From contig CAXHJY010001688.1 of assembly GCA_964016885.1 (NCBI GenBank), forward strand, positions 1 to 64,000: 64,000 nucleotides of DNA, given 5' to 3'. Position 1 is the first letter of the stretch. Every line of letters begins with the position of its first letter. This document shows, in pieces, positions 21,357 through 36,300 of the stretch. Under the pieces are notes generated by a model, which was not told the origin of the DNA, did no database searches, and was given only the letters and a program-made list of their open reading frames with translations. Both the position numbers and the translations under genes were made by a program. The DNA is from Eledone cirrhosa. Lineage: Eukaryota.

Positions 21357-24300
21357 TTTAGTAAGAGAGATAGTTTTAGTAAGAGAGATAGTTTAAAGTA
21401 AGAGAGATAGTTTAAGTAAGAGAGATAGTTTAAGTAGGAGAGATAGTTTAAGTAAGAGAGATAGTTTAAGTAAGAGAGATAGTTTTAGTAAGAGAGATAG
21501 TTTAAGTAACAGAGATAGTTTAAGTAAGGGAGATAGTTTAAGTAATGGAAATAGTTTAAGTGAGAGAGATAGTTTTAGTAAGAGGGATAGTTTTAGTAAG
21601 AGAGATAGTTTTAGTAGGAGAGATAGTATTAGTAAGAGAGATAGTTTAAGTAAGGGAGATAGTTTAAGTAAGGGAGATAGTTTTAGTAAGGGAGATAGTT
21701 TTAGTAAGAGAGATAGTTTAAGTAACATAGATAGTTTAAGTAGGAGAGATAGTTTAAGTAAGAGAGATAGTTTAAGTAAGAGAGATAGATTTAGTAAGAG
21801 AGATAGTTTTAGTAAGAGAGATAGTATTAGTAAGAGAGATAGTTTAAGTAAAGGAGATAGTTTTAGTAAGAGAGATAGTTTTAGTAAGAGAGATAGTTTT
21901 AGTGAGAGAGATAGTTTAAGTAAGAGAGATAGTTTAAGTAAGATAGATAGTTTTAGTAAGAGAGATAGTTTAATTGAGAGAGAGAGTTTTAGTAAGGGAG
22001 ATCATTTTAGTAAGAGAGATAGTTTTAGTAAGAGAGATAGTTTAAGTAAGAGAGATAGTTTTAGTAAGAGAGATAGTTTAATTGAGAGAGAGAGTTTTAG
22101 TAAGGGAGATAATTTTAGTAAGAGAGATAGTTTAAGTAAGAGAGATAGTTTAAGTAAGAGAGATAGTTTAAGTAAGATAGATAGTTTTAGTAAGAGAGAT
22201 AGTTTAATTGAGAGAGTGAGTTTTAGTAAGGGAGATAATTTTAGTAAGAGAGATAGTTTTAGTAAGAGAGATAGTTTTAGTAAGAGAGATAGTTTTAGTA
22301 AGAGATATAGTTTAAGTAACAGAGATAGTTTAAGTAAGAGAGATAGTTTAAGTAAGAGAGATAGTTTTAGTAAGAGAGTTAGTTTAAGTAAGAGAGATAG
22401 TTTAAGTAAGAGAGACAGTTTAAGTAAAAGAGATAGTTTAAGTAAGAGAGATAGTTTAAGTAAGACAGATAGTTTAAGTAAAAGAGATAGTTTTAGTAAG
22501 AGAGATAGTATTAGTAAGAGAGATAGTTTAAGTAAGGGAGATAATTTTAGTAAGGGAGATAGTTTTAGTAAGAGAGATAGTTTAAGTAACAGAGATAGTT
22601 TTAGTAAGAGAGATAGCTTAAGTAAGAGAGATAGTTTTAGTAAGAGATATAGTTTAAGTAAGAGAGATAGTTTAAGTAAGAGAGATAGTTTAAGTAAGTG
22701 AGATAGTTTAAGTAAGATAGATAGTTTTAGTAAGAGAGATAGTTTAATTGAGAGAGAGAGTTTTAGTAAGGGAGATAATTTTAGTAAGAGAGATAGTTTT
22801 AGTAAGAGAGATAGTTTAAGTAAGAGAGATAGTTTAAGTAAGAGAGATAGTTTTAGTAAGAGAGATAGTTTTAGTAAGAGAGATAGTTTTAGTAAGAGAG
22901 ATAGCTTAAGTAAGAGAGATAGTTTTAGTAAGAGAGATAGTTTTAGTAAGAGATATAGTTTAAGTAAGAGAGATAGTTTAAGTAAGAGAGATAGTTTAAG
23001 TAAGAGAGATAGTTTTAGTAAGAGAGATAGTTTTAGTAAGAGAGTTAGTTTAAGTAAGAGAGATAGTTTAAGTAAGAGAGACAGTTTAAGTAAAAGAGAT
23101 AGTTTAACTAAGAGAGATAGTTTAAGTAAGAGAGATAGTTTAAGTAAAAGAGATAGTTTTAGTAAGAGAGATAGTTTAAGTAAGAGAGCTAGTTTTAGTA
23201 AGAGAGATAGTTTTAGTAAGAGAGATAGTTTAACTAAGAGAGATAGTTTAAGTAAGAGAGATAGTTTAAGTAAGAGAGATAGTTTTAGTAAGAGAGATAG
23301 TTTTAGTAAGAGAGATAGTTTAAGTCAGAGAGATAGTTTAAGTAAGAGAGACAGTTTAAGTAAGAGAGATAGTTTAAGTAAGGGAGATAGTTTTAGTAAG
23401 GGAGATAGTTTTAGTAAGGGAGATAGTTTTAGTAAGAGAGATAGTTTAAGTAACATAGATAGTTTAAGTAGAAGAGATAGTTTAAGTAAGAGAGATAGTT
23501 TAAGTAAGAGAGATAGATTTAGTAAGAAAGATAGTTTTAGTCAGAGAGATAGTTTTAGTAAGAGATATAGTTTAAGTAAGAGAGATAGTTTAAGTAAGAG
23601 AGATAGTTTAAGTAAGAGAGTTAGTTTAAGTAAGAGAGATAGTTTAAGTAAGAGAGACAGTTTAAGTAAGAGAGATAGTATTAGTAAGAGAGATAGTTTA
23701 AGTAAGGGAGATATTTTAAGTAAGAGAGATAGTTTTAGTAAGAGAGATAATTTAAGTAACATAGATAGTTTAAGTAGGAGAGATAGTTTAAGTAAGAGAG
23801 ATAGTTTAAGTAAGAGAGATAGATTTAGTAAAAGAGATAGTTTTAGTAAGAGAGATAGTATTAGTAAGAGAGATAGTTTAAGTAAAGGAGATTGTTTTAG
23901 TAAGAGAGATAGTTTAATTGAGAGAGAGAGTTTTAGTAAGGGAGATCATTTTAGTAAGAGAGATAGTTTAAGTAAGAGAGATAGTTTTAGTAACAAAGAT
24001 AGTTTTAGTAAGAGAGATAGTTTAAGTAAGAGAGATAGTTTAAGTAAGAGAGATAGTTTAAGTGAGATAGATAGTTTTAGTAAGAGAGATAGTTTAATTG
24101 AGAGAGAGAGTTTTAGTAAGGGAGATAATTTTAGTAAGAGAGATAGTTTTAGTAAGAGAGATAGTTTAAGTAAGAGAGATAGTTTAAGTAAGAGAGATAG
24201 TTTAAGTAAGATAGATAGTTTTAGTAAGAGAGATAGTTTAATTGAGAGAGAGAGTTTTAGTAAGGGAGATAATTTTAGTAAGAGAGATAGTTTTAGTAAG

Positions 24301-27300
24301 AGAGATAGTTTAAGTAAGAGAGATAGTTTTAGTAACAGAGATAGTTTTAGTAAGAGAGATAGTTTTAGTAAGAGAGATAGTTTTAGTAAGAGAGATAGCT
24401 TAAGTAAGAGAGATAGTTTTAGTAAGAGAGATAGTTATAGTAAGAGATATAGTTTAAGTAAGAGAGATAGTTTAAGTAAGAGAGATAGTTTAAGTAAGAG
24501 AGATTGTTTTAGTAAGAGAGATAGTTTTAGTAAGAGAGTTAGTTTAAGTAAGAGAGATAGTTTAAGTAAGAGAGACAGTTTAAGTAAAAGAGATAGTTTA
24601 AGTAAGAGAGATAGTTTAAGTAAGAGAGATAGTTTAAGTAAAAGAGATAGTTTTAGTAAGAGAGATAGTATTAGTAAGAGAGATAGTTTAAGAAAGGGAG
24701 ATAATTTTAGTAAGGGAGATAGTTTTAGTAAGAGAGATAGTTTAAGTAACAGAGATAGTTTTAGTAAGAGAGATAGCTTAAGTAAGAGAGATAGTTTTAG
24801 TAAGAGATATAGTTTAAGTAAGAGAGATATTTTAAGTAAGAGAGATAGTTTAAGTAAGAGAGATAGTTTAAGTAAGAGAGATAGTTTAAGTAAGATACAT
24901 AGTTTTAGTGAGAGAGATAGTTTAATTGAGAGAGAGAGTTTTAGTAAGGGAGATAATTTTAGTAAGAGAGATAGTTTTAGTAAGAGAGATAGTTTAAGTA
25001 AGAGAGATAGTTTAAGTAAGAGAGATAGTTTTAGTAAGAGAGATAGTTTTAGTAAGAGAGATAGTTTTAGTAAGAGAGATAGCTTAAGTAAGAGAGATAG
25101 TTTTAGTAAGAGAGATAGTTTTAGTAAGAGATATAGTTTAAGTAAGAGAGATAGTTTTAGTAAGAGAGATAGTTTAAGTAAGAGAGATAGTTTAAGTAAT
25201 AGAGATAGTTTAAGTAAGAGAGATAGTTTTAGTAAGAGAGATGGTTTTAGTAAGAGAGATAGTTTAAGTCAGAGAGATAGTTTAAGTAAGAGAGATAGTT
25301 TTAGTAAGAGAGATAGCTTAAGTAAGAGAGATAGTTTAAGTAAGAGAGATAGTTTTAGTAAGAGAGATAGTTTTAGTAAGAGAGATAGTTTTAGTAAGAG
25401 AGATAGTTTAAGTAAGAGAGATAGTTTAAGTAAGAGAGATAGTTTAAGTAAGAGAGATAGTTTAAGTAAGAGAGATAGTTTTAGTAAGAGAGATCGTTTA
25501 AGTAAGAGAGATAGTTTAAGTAAGAGAGATAGTTTTAGTAAGAGAGATAGTTTTAGTAAGAGAGATAGTTTTAGTAAGAGAGATAGTATTAGTAAGAGAG
25601 ATAGTTTAAGTAAGGGAGATAATTTTAGTAAGGGAGATAGTTTTAGTAAGAGAGATAGTTTAAGTAACAGAGATAGTTTTAGTAAGAGAAATAGCTTAAG
25701 TAAGAGAGATAGTTTTAGTAAGAGATATAGTTTAAGTAAGAGAGATAGTTTAAGTAAGAGAGATAGTTTAAGTAAGTGAGATAGTTTAAGTAAGATAGAT
25801 AGTTTTAGTAAGAGAGATAGTTTAATTGAGAGAGAGAGTTTTAGTAAGGGAGATAATTTTAGTAAGAGAGATAGTTTTAGTAAGAGAGATAGTTTAAGTA
25901 AGAGAGATAGTTCAAGTAAGAGAGATAGTTTTAGTAAGAGAGATAGTTTTAGTAAGAGAGATAGTTTTAGTAAGAGATATAGTTTTAGTAAGAGAGTTAG
26001 TTTAAGTAAGAGAGATAGTTTAAGTAAGAGAGATAGTTTAAGTAAGATACATAGTTTTAGTAAGAGAGATAGTTTAATTGAGAGAGAGAGTTTTAGTAAG
26101 AGAGATAGTATTAGTAAGAGAGATAGTTTAAGTAAGGGAGATAATTTTAGTAAGGGAGATAGTTTTAGTAAGAGAGATAGTTTAAGTAACAGAGATAGTT
26201 TTAGTAAGAGAGATAGCTTAAGTAAGGGAGATAGTTTTAGTAAGAGATATAGTTTAAGTAAGAGAGATATTTTAAGTAAGAGAGATAGTTTAAGTAAGAG
26301 AGATAGTTTAAGTAAGAGAGATAGTTTAAGTAAGATACATAGTTTTAGTGAGAGAGATAGTTTAATTGAGAGAGAGAGTTTTAGTAAGGGAGATAATTTT
26401 AGTAAGAGAGATAGTTTTAGTAAGAGAGATAGTTTAAGTAAGAGAGATAGTTTAAGTAAGAGAGATAGTTTTAGTAAGAGAGATAGTTTTAGTAAGAGAG
26501 ATAGTTTTAGTAAGAGAGATAGCTTAAGTAAGAGAGATAGTTTTAGTAAGAGAGATAGTTTTAGTAAGAGATATAGTTTAAGTAAGAGAGATAGTTTTAG
26601 TAAGAGAGATAGTTTAAGTAAGAGAGATAGTTTAAGTAATAGAGATAGTTTAAGTAAGAGAGATAGTTTTAGTAAGAGAGATGGTTTTAGTAAGAGAGAT
26701 AGTTTAAGTCAGAGAGATAGTTTAAGTAAGAGAGATAGTTTTAGTAAGAGAGATAGCTTAAGTAAGAGAGATAGTTTAAGTAAGAGAGATAGTTTTAGTA
26801 AGAGAGATAGTTTTAGTAAGAGAGATAGTTTTAGTAAGAGAGATAGTTTAAGTAAGAGAGATAGTTTAAGTAAGAGAGATAGTTTAAGTAAGAGAGATAG
26901 TTTTAGTAAGAGAGATCGTTTAAGTAAGAGAGATAGTTTAAGTAAGAGAGATAGTTTTAGTAAGAGAGATAGTTTTAGTAAGAGAGATAGTTTTAGTAAG
27001 AGAGATAGTATTAGTAAGAGAGATAGTTTAAGTAAGGGAGATAATTTTAGTAAGGGAGATAGTTTTAGTAAGAGAGATAGTTTAAGTAACAGAGATAGTT
27101 TTAGTAAGAGAAATAGCTTAAGTAAGAGAGATAGTTTTAGTAAGAGATATAGTTTAAGTAAGAGAGATAGTTTAAGTAAGAGAGATAGTTTAAGTAAGTG
27201 AGATAGTTTAAGTAAGATAGATAGTTTTAGTAAGAGAGATAGTTTAATTGAGAGAGAGAGTTTTAGTAAGGGAGATAATTTTAGTAAGAGAGATAGTTTT

Positions 27301-30300
27301 AGTAAGAGAGATAGTTTAAGTAAGAGAGATAGTTCAAGTAAGAGAGATAGTTTTAGTAAGAGAGATAGTTTTAGTAAGAGAGATAGTTTTAGTAAGAGAT
27401 ATAGTTTAAGTAAGAGAGATAGTTTAAGTAAGAGAGATAGTTTAAGTAAGAGCGATAGTTTTAGTAAGAGAGATAGTTTTAGTAAGAGAGTTAGTTTAAG
27501 TAAGAGAGATAGTTTAAGTAAGAGAGATAGTTTAAGTAAGATACATAGCTTTAGTAAGAGAGATAGTTTAATTGAGAGAGAGAGTTTTAGTAAGGGAGAT
27601 AATTTTAGTAAGAGAGATAGTTTAAGTAACAGAGATAGTTTTAGTAAGAGAGATAGCTTAAGTAAGAGAGATAGTTTTAGTGAGAGATATAGTTTAAGTA
27701 AGAGAGATAGTTTTAGTAAGAGAGATAGTTTTAGTAAGAGAGATAGTTTTAGTAAGAGAGATAGTTTTAGTAAGAGATATAGTTTAAGTAAGAGAGATAG
27801 TTTAAGTAAGAGAGATAGTTTAAGTAAGAGAGATAGTTTTAGTAAGAGAGATAGTTTTAGTAAAGAGTTAGTTTAAGTAAGAGAGATAGTTTAAGTAAGA
27901 GAGACAGTTTAAGTAAAAGAGATAGTTTAAGTAAGAGAGATAGTTTAAGTAAGAGAGATAGTTTAAGTAAAAGAGATAGTTTTAGTAAGAGAGATAGTAT
28001 TAGTAAGAGAGATAGTTTAAGAAAGGGAGATAATTTTAGTAAGGGAGATAGTTTTAGTAAGAGAGATAGTTTAAGTAACAGAGATAGTTTTAGTAAGAGA
28101 GATAGCTTAAGTAAGAGAGATAGTTTTAGTAAGAGATATAGTTTAAGTAAGAGAGATATTTTAAGTAAGAGAGATAGTTTAAGTAAGAGAGATAGTTTAA
28201 GTAAGAGAGATAGTTTAAGTAAGATACATAGTTTTAGTGAGAGAGATAGTTTAATTGAGAGAGAGAGTTTTAGTAAGGGAGATAATTTTAGTAAGAGAGA
28301 TAGTTTTAGTAAGAGAGATAGTTTAAGTAAGAGAGATAGTTTAAGTAAGAGAGATAGTTTTAGTAAGAGAGATAGTTTTAGTAAGAGAGATAGTTTTAGT
28401 AAGAGAGATAGCTTAAGTAAGAGAGATAGTTTTAGTAAGAGAGATAGTTTTAGTAAGAGATATAGTTTAAGTAAGAGAGATAGTTTTAGTAAGAGAGATA
28501 GTTTAAGTAAGAGAGATAGTTTAAGTAATAGAGATAGTTTAAGTAAGAGAGATAGTTTTAGTAAGAGAGATGGTTTTAGTAAGAGAGATAGTTTAAGTCA
28601 GAGAGATAGTTTAAGTAAGAGAGATAGTTTTAGTAAGAGAGATAGCTTAAGTAAGAGAGATAGTTTAAGTAACAGAGATAGTTTTAGTAAGAGAGATAGT
28701 TTTAGTAAGAGAGATAGTTTTAGTAAGAGAGATAGTTTAAGTAAGAGAGATAGTTTAAGTAAGAGAGATAGTTTAAGTAAGAGAGATAGTTTTAGTAAGA
28801 GAGATCGTTTAAGTAAGAGAGATAGTTTAAGTAAGAGAGATAGTTTTAGTAAGAGAGATAGTTTTAGTAAGAGAGATAGTTTTAGTAAGAGAGATAGTAA
28901 TAGTAAGAGAGATAGTTTAAGTAAGGGAGATAATTTTAGTAAGGGAGATAGTTTTAGTAAGAGAGATAGTTTAAGTAACATAGATAGTTTAAGTAGAAGA
29001 GATAGTTTAAGTAAGAGAGATAGTTTAAGTAAGAGAGATAGATTTAGTAAGAAAGATAGTTTTAGTCAGAGAGATAGTTTTAGTAAGAGATATAGTTTAA
29101 GTAAGAGAGATAGTTTAAGTAAGAGAGATAGTTTAAGTAAGAGAGTTAGTTTAAGTAAGAGAGATAGTTTAAGTAAGAGAGACAGTTTAAGTAAGAGAGA
29201 TAGTATTAGTAAGAGAGATAGTTTAAGTAAGGGAGATATTTTAAGTAAGAGAGATAGTTTTAGTAAGAGAGATAATTTAAGTAACATAGATAGTTTAAGT
29301 AGGAGAGATAGTTTAAGTAAGAGAGATAGTTTAAGTAAGAGAGATAGATTTAGTAAAAGAGATAGTTTTAGTAAGAGAGATAGTATTAGTAAGAGAGATA
29401 GTTTAAGTAAAGGAGATTGTTTTAGTAAGAGAGATAGTTTAATTGAGAGAGAGAGTTTTAGTAAGGGAGATCATTTTAGTAAGAGAGATAGTTTAAGTAA
29501 GAGAGATAGTTTTAGTAACAAAGATAGTTTTAGTAAGAGAGATAGTTTAAGTAAGAGAGATAGTTTAAGTAAGAGAGATAGTTTAAGTGAGATAGATAGT
29601 TTTAGTAAGAGAGATAGTTTAATTGAGAGAGAGAGTTTTAGTAAGGGAGATAATTTTAGTAAGAGAGATAGTTTTAGTAAGAGAGATAGTTTAAGTAAGA
29701 GAGATAGTTTAAGTAAGAGAGATAGTTTAAGTAAGATAGATAGTTTTAGTAAGAGAGATAGTTTAATTGAGAGAGAGAGTTTTAGTAAGGGAGATAATTT
29801 TAGTAAGAGAGATAGTTTTAGTAAGAGAGATAGTTTAAGTAAGAGAGATAGTTTTAGTAACAGAGATAGTTTTAGTAAGAGAGATAGTTTTAGTAAGAGA
29901 GATAGTTTTAGTAAGAGAGATAGCTTAAGTAAGAGAGATAGTTTTAGTAAGAGAGATAGTTATAGTAAGAGATATAGTTTAAGTAAGAGAGATAGTTTAA
30001 GTAAGAGAGATAGTTTAAGTAAGAGAGATTGTTTTAGTAAGAGAGATAGTTTTAGTAAGAGAGTTAGTTTAAGTAAGAGAGATAGTTTAAGTAAGAGAGA
30101 CAGTTTAAGTAAAAGAGATAGTTTAAGTAAGAGAGATAGTTTAAGTAAGAGAGATAGTTTAAGTAAAAGAGATAGTTTTAGTAAGAGAGATAGTATTAGT
30201 AAGAGAGATAGTTTAAGAAAGGGAGATAATTTTAGTAAGGGAGATAGTTTTAGTAAGAGAGATAGTTTAAGTAACAGAGATAGTTTTAGTAAGAGAGATA

Positions 30301-33300
30301 GCTTAAGTAAGAGAGATAGTTTTAGTAAGAGATATAGTTTAAGTAAGAGAGATATTTTAAGTAAGAGAGATAGTTTAAGTAAGAGAGATAGTTTAAGTAA
30401 GAGAGATAGTTTAAGTAAGATACATAGTTTTAGTGAGAGAGATAGTTTAATTGAGAGAGAGAGTTTTAGTAAGGGAGATAATTTTAGTAAGAGAGATAGT
30501 TTTAGTAAGAGAGATAGTTTAAGTAAGAGAGATAGTTTAAGTAAGAGAGATAGTTTTAGTAAGAGAGATAGTTTTAGTAAGAGAGATAGTTTTAGTAAGA
30601 GAGATAGCTTAAGTAAGAGAGATAGTTTTAGTAAGAGAGATAGTTTTAGTAAGAGATATAGTTTAAGTAAGAGAGATAGTTTTAGTAAGAGAGATAGTTT
30701 AAGTAAGAGAGATAGTTTAAGTAATAGAGATAGTTTAAGTAAGAGAGATAGTTTTAGTAAGAGAGATGGTTTTAGTAAGAGAGATAGTTTAAGTCAGAGA
30801 GATAGTTTAAGTAAGAGAGATAGTTTTAGTAAGAGAGATAGCTTAAGTAAGAGAGATAGTTTAAGTAAGAGAGATAGTTTTAGTAAGAGAGATAGTTTTA
30901 GTAAGAGAGATAGTTTTAGTAAGAGAGATAGTTTAAGTAAGAGAGATAGTTTAAGTAAGAGAGATAGTTTAAGTAAGAGAGATAGTTTTAGTAAGAGAGA
31001 TCGTTTAAGTAAGAGAGATAGTTTAAGTAAGAGAGATAGTTTTAGTAAGAGAGATAGTTTTAGTAAGAGAGATAGTTTTAGTAAGAGAGATAGTATTAGT
31101 AAGAGAGATAGTTTAAGTAAGGGAGATAATTTTAGTAAGGGAGATAGTTTTAGTAAGAGAGATAGTTTAAGTAACAGAGATAGTTTTAGTAAGAGAAATA
31201 GCTTAAGTAAGAGAGATAGTTTTAGTAAGAGATATAGTTTAAGTAAGAGAGATAGTTTAAGTAAGAGAGATAGTTTAAGTAAGTGAGATAGTTTAAGTAA
31301 GATAGATAGTTTTAGTAAGAGAGATAGTTTAATTGAGAGAGAGAGTTTTAGTAAGGGAGATAATTTTAGTAAGAGAGATAGTTTTAGTAAGAGAGATAGT
31401 TTAAGTAAGAGAGATAGTTCAAGTAAGAGAGATAGTTTTAGTAAGAGAGATAGTTTTAGTAAGAGAGATAGTTTTAGTAAGAGATATAGTTTTAGTAAGA
31501 GAGTTAGTTTAAGTAAGAGAGATAGTTTAAGTAAGAGAGATAGTTTAAGTAAGATACATAGTTTTAGTAAGCGAGATAGTTTAATTGAGAGAGAGAGTTT
31601 TAGTAAGAGAGATAGTATTAGTAAGAGAGATAGTTTAAGTAAGGGAGATAATTTTAGTAAGGGAGATAGTTTTAGTAAGAGAGATAGTTTAAGTAACAGA
31701 GATAGTTTTAGTAAGAGAGATAGCTTAAGTAAGAGAGATAGTTTTAGTAAGAGATATAGTTTAAGTAAGAGAGATATTTTAAGTAAGAGAGATAGTTTAA
31801 GTAAGAGAGATAGTTTAAGTAAGAGAGATAGTTTAAGTAAGATACATAGTTTTAGTGAGAGAGATAGTTTAATTGAGAGAGAGAGTTTTAGTAAGGGAGA
31901 TAATTTTAGTAAGAGAGATAGTTTTAGTAAGAGAGATAGTTTAAGTAAGAGAGATAGTTTAAGTAAGAGAGATAGTTTTAGTAAGAGAGATAGTTTTAGT
32001 AAGAGAGATAGTTTTAGTAAGAGAGATAGCTTAAGTAAGAGAGATAGTTTTAGTAAGAGAGATAGTTTTAGTAAGAGATATAGTTTAAGTAAGAGAGATA
32101 GTTTTAGTAAGAGAGATAGTTTAAGTAAGAGAGATAGTTTAAGTAATAGAGATAGTTTAAGTAAGAGAGATAGTTTTAGTAAGAGAGATGGTTTTAGTAA
32201 GAGAGATAGTTTAAGTCAGAGAGATAGTTTAAGTAAGAGAGATAGTTTTAGTAAGAGAGATAGCTTAAGTAAGAGAGATAGTTTAAGTAAGAGAGATAGT
32301 TTTAGTAAGAGAGATAGTTTTAGTAAGAGAGATAGTTTTAGTAAGAGAGATAGTTTAAGTAAGAGAGATAGTTTAAGTAAGAAAGATAGTTTAAGTAAGA
32401 GAGATAGTTTTAGTAAGAGAGATCGTTTAAGTAAGAGAGATAATTTAAGTAAGAGAGATAGTTTTAGTAAGAGAGATAGTTTTAGTAAGAGAGATAGTTT
32501 TAGTAAGAGAGATAGTATTAGTAAGAGAGATAGTTTAAGTAAGGGAGATAATTTTAGTAAGGGAGATAGTTTTAGTAAGAGAGATAGTTTAAGTAACAGA
32601 GATAGTTTTAGTAAGAGAAATAGCTTAAGTAAGAGAGATAGTTTTAGTAAGAGATATAGTTTAAGTAAGAGAGATAGTTTAAGTAAGAGAGATAGTTTAA
32701 GTAAGTGAGATAGTTTAAGTAAGATAGATAGTTTTAGTAAGAGAGATAGTTTAATTGAGAGAGAGAGTTTTAGTAAGGGAGATAATTTTAGTAAGAGAGA
32801 TAGTTTTAGTAAGAGAGATAGTTTAAGTAAGAGAGATAGTTCAAGTAAGAGAGATAGTTTTAGTAAGAGAGATAGTTTTAGTAAGAGAGATAGTTTTAGT
32901 AAGAGATATAGTTTAAGTAAGAGAGATAGTTTAAGTAAGAGAGATAGTTTAAGTAAGAGCGATAGTTTTAGTAAGAGAGATAGTTTTAGTAAGAGAGTTA
33001 GTTTAAGTAAGAGAGATAGTTTAAGTAAGAGAGATAGTTTAAGTAAGATACATAGTTTTAGTAAGAGAGATAGTTTAATTGAGAGAGAGAGTTTTAGTAA
33101 GGGAGATAATTTTAGTAAGAGAGATAGTTTAAGTAACAGAGATAGTTTTAGTAAGAGAGATAGCTTAAGTAAGAGAGATAGTTTTAGTAAGAGATATAGT
33201 TTAAGTAAGAGAGATAGTTTTAGTAAGAGAGATAGTTTTAGTAAGAGAGATAGTTTTAGTAAGAGAGATAGTTTTAGTAAGAGATATAGTTTAAGTAAGA

Positions 33301-36300
33301 GAGATAGTTTAAGTAAGAGAGATAGTTTAAGTAAGAGAGATAGTTTTAGTAAGAGAGATAGTTTTAGTAAGAGAGTTAGTTTAAGTAAGAGAGATAGTTT
33401 AAGTAAGAGAGACAGTTTAAGTAAAAGAGATAGTTTAAGTAAGAGAGATAGTTTAAGTAAGAGAGATAGTTTAAGTAAAAGAGATAGTTTTAGTAAGAGA
33501 GATAGCTTAAGTAAGAGAGATAGTTTTAGTAAGAGATATAGTTTAAGTAAGAGAGATATTTTAAGTAAGAGAGATAGTTTAAGTAAGAGAGATAGTTTAA
33601 GTAAGAGAGATAGTTTAAGTAAGAGATATAGTTTAAGTAAGATACATAGTTTTAGTAAGAGAGATAGTTTAATTGAGAGGGAGAGTTTTAGTAAGGGAGA
33701 TAATTTTAGTAAGAGAGATAGTTTTAGTAAGAGAGATAGATTAAGTAAGAGAGATAGTTTAAGTAAGAGAGATAGTTTTAGTAAGAGAGATAGTTTTCGT
33801 AAGAGAGATAGTTTTAGTAAGAGAGATAGCTTAAGTAAGAGAGATAGTTTTAGTAAGAGAGATAGTTTTAGTAAGAGATATAGTTTAAGTAAGAGAGATA
33901 GTTTAAGTAAGAGAGATAGTTTAAGTAAGAGAGATAGTTTAAGTAAGAGAGCTAATTTTAGTAACAGAGATAGTTTTAGTAAGAGAGATAGTTTTAGTAA
34001 GAGAGATAGTTTTAGTAAGAGAGATAGTTTAAGTAAGAGAGATAGTTTAAGTAAGAGAGATAGTTTAAGTAAGAGAGATAGTTTTAGTAAGAGAGATGGT
34101 TTTAGTAAGAGAGATATTTTAAGTCAGAGAGATAGTTTAAGTAAGAGAGATAGTTTTAGTAAGAGAGATAGCTTAAGTAAGAGAGATAGTTTAAGTAAGA
34201 GAGATAGTTTTAGTAAGAGAGATAGTTTTAGTAAGAGAGATAGTTTTAGTAAGAGAGATAGTTTAAGTAAGAGAGATAGTTTAAGTAAGATACATAGTTT
34301 TAGTAACAGAGATAGTTTAATTGAGAGAGAGAGTTTTAGTAAGGGAGATAATTTTAGTAAGAGAGATAGTTTAAGTAACAGAGCTAGTTTTAGTAAGAGA
34401 GATAGCTTAAGTAAGAGAGATAGTTTTAGTAAGAGATATAGTTTAAGTAAGAGAGATAGTTTAAGTAAGAGAGATAGTTTAAGTAAGTGAGATAGTTTAA
34501 GTAAGATACATAGTTTTAGTAAGAGAGATAGTTTAATTGAGAGAGAGAGTTTTAGTAAGGGAGATAATTTTAGTAAGAGAGATAGTTTTAGTAAGAGAGA
34601 TAGTTTAAGTAAGAGAGATAGTTCAAGTAAGAGAGATAGTTTTAGTAAGAGAGATAGTTTTAGTAAGAGAGATAGTTTTAGTAAGAGATATAGTTTAAGT
34701 AAGAGAGATAGTTTAAATAAGAGAGATAGTTTAAGTAAGAGAGATAGTTTTAGTAAGAGAGATAGTTTTAGTAAGAGAGTTAGTTTAAGTAAGAGAGATA
34801 GTTTAAGTAAGAGAGATAGTTTTAGTAAGAGAGATAGTTTAAGTCAGAGAGATAGTTTAAGTAAGAGAGACAGTTTAAGTAAGAGAGATAGTTTTAGTAA
34901 GAGAGATAGTTTAAGTAAGGGAGATAGTTTAAGTAAGGGAGATAGTTTTAGTAAGAGAGATAGTTTAAGTAACATAGATAGTTTAGGTAGGAGAGATAGT
35001 TTAAGTAAGAGAGATAGATTTAGTAAGAAAGATAGTTTTAGTAAGAGAGATAGTTTTAGTAAGAGATATAGTTTAAGTAAGAGAGATAGTTTAAGTAAGA
35101 GAGATAGTTTAAGTAAGAGAGATAATTTTAGTAAGAGAGATAATTTTAGTAAGAGAGTTAGTTTAAGTAAGAGAGATAGTTTAAGTAAGAGAGACAGTTT
35201 AAGTAAGAGAGATAGTATTAGTAAGAGAGATAGTTTAAGTAAGGGAGATATTTTAAGTAAGGGAGATAGTTTTAGTAAGGGAGATAGTTTTAGTAAGAGA
35301 GATAGTTTAAGTAACATAGATAGTTTAAGTAGGAGAGATAGTTTAAGTAAGAGAGATAGTTTAAGTAAGAGAGATAGATTTAGTAAGAGAGATAGTATTA
35401 GTAAGAGAGATAGTTTAAGTAAAGGAGATAGTTTTAGTAAGAGAGATAGTTTTAGTAAGAGAGATAGTTTTAGTGAGAGAGATAGTTTAAGTAAGAGAGA
35501 TAGTTTAAGTGAGATAGATAGTTTTAGTAAGAGAGATAGTTTAATTGAGAGAGAGAGTTTTAGAAAGGGAGATAATTTTAGTAAGAGAGATAGTTTAAGT
35601 AAGAGAGATAGTTTAAGTAAGAGAGATAGTTTAAGTAAGATAGATAGTTTTAGTAAGAGAGATAGTTTAATTGAGAGAGAGAGTTTTAGTAAGGGAGATA
35701 ATTTTAGTAAGAGAGATAGTTTTAGTAAGAGAGATAGTTTAAGTAAGAGAGATAGTTTAAGTAAGAGAGATAGTTTAAGTAAGATAGATAGTTTTAGTAA
35801 GAGAGATAGTTTAATTGAGAGAGAGAGTTTTAGTAAGGGAGATAATTTTAGTAAGAGAGATAGTTTTAGTAAGAGAGATAGTTTAAGTAAGAGAGATACT
35901 TTTAGTAAGAGAGATAGTTTTAGTAAGAGAGATAGTTTTAGTAAGAGAGATAGCTTAAGTAAGAGAGATTGTTTTAGTAAGAGAGATAGTTTTAGTAAGA
36001 GATATAGTTTAAGTAAGAGAGATAGTTTAAGTAAGAGAGATAGTTTAAGTAAGAGAGATAGTTTTAGTAAGAGAGATAGTTTTAGTAAGAGAGTTAGTTT
36101 AAGTAAGAGAGATAGTTTAAGTAAGAGAGACAGTTTAAGTAAAAGAGATAGTTTAAGTAAGAGAGATAGTTTAAGTAAGAGAGATAGTTTAAGTAAAAGA
36201 GATAGTTTTAGTAAGAGAGATAGTATTAGTAAGAGAGATAGTTTAAGTAAGGGAGATAATTTTAGTAAGGGAGATAGTTTTAGTAAGAGAGATAGTTTAA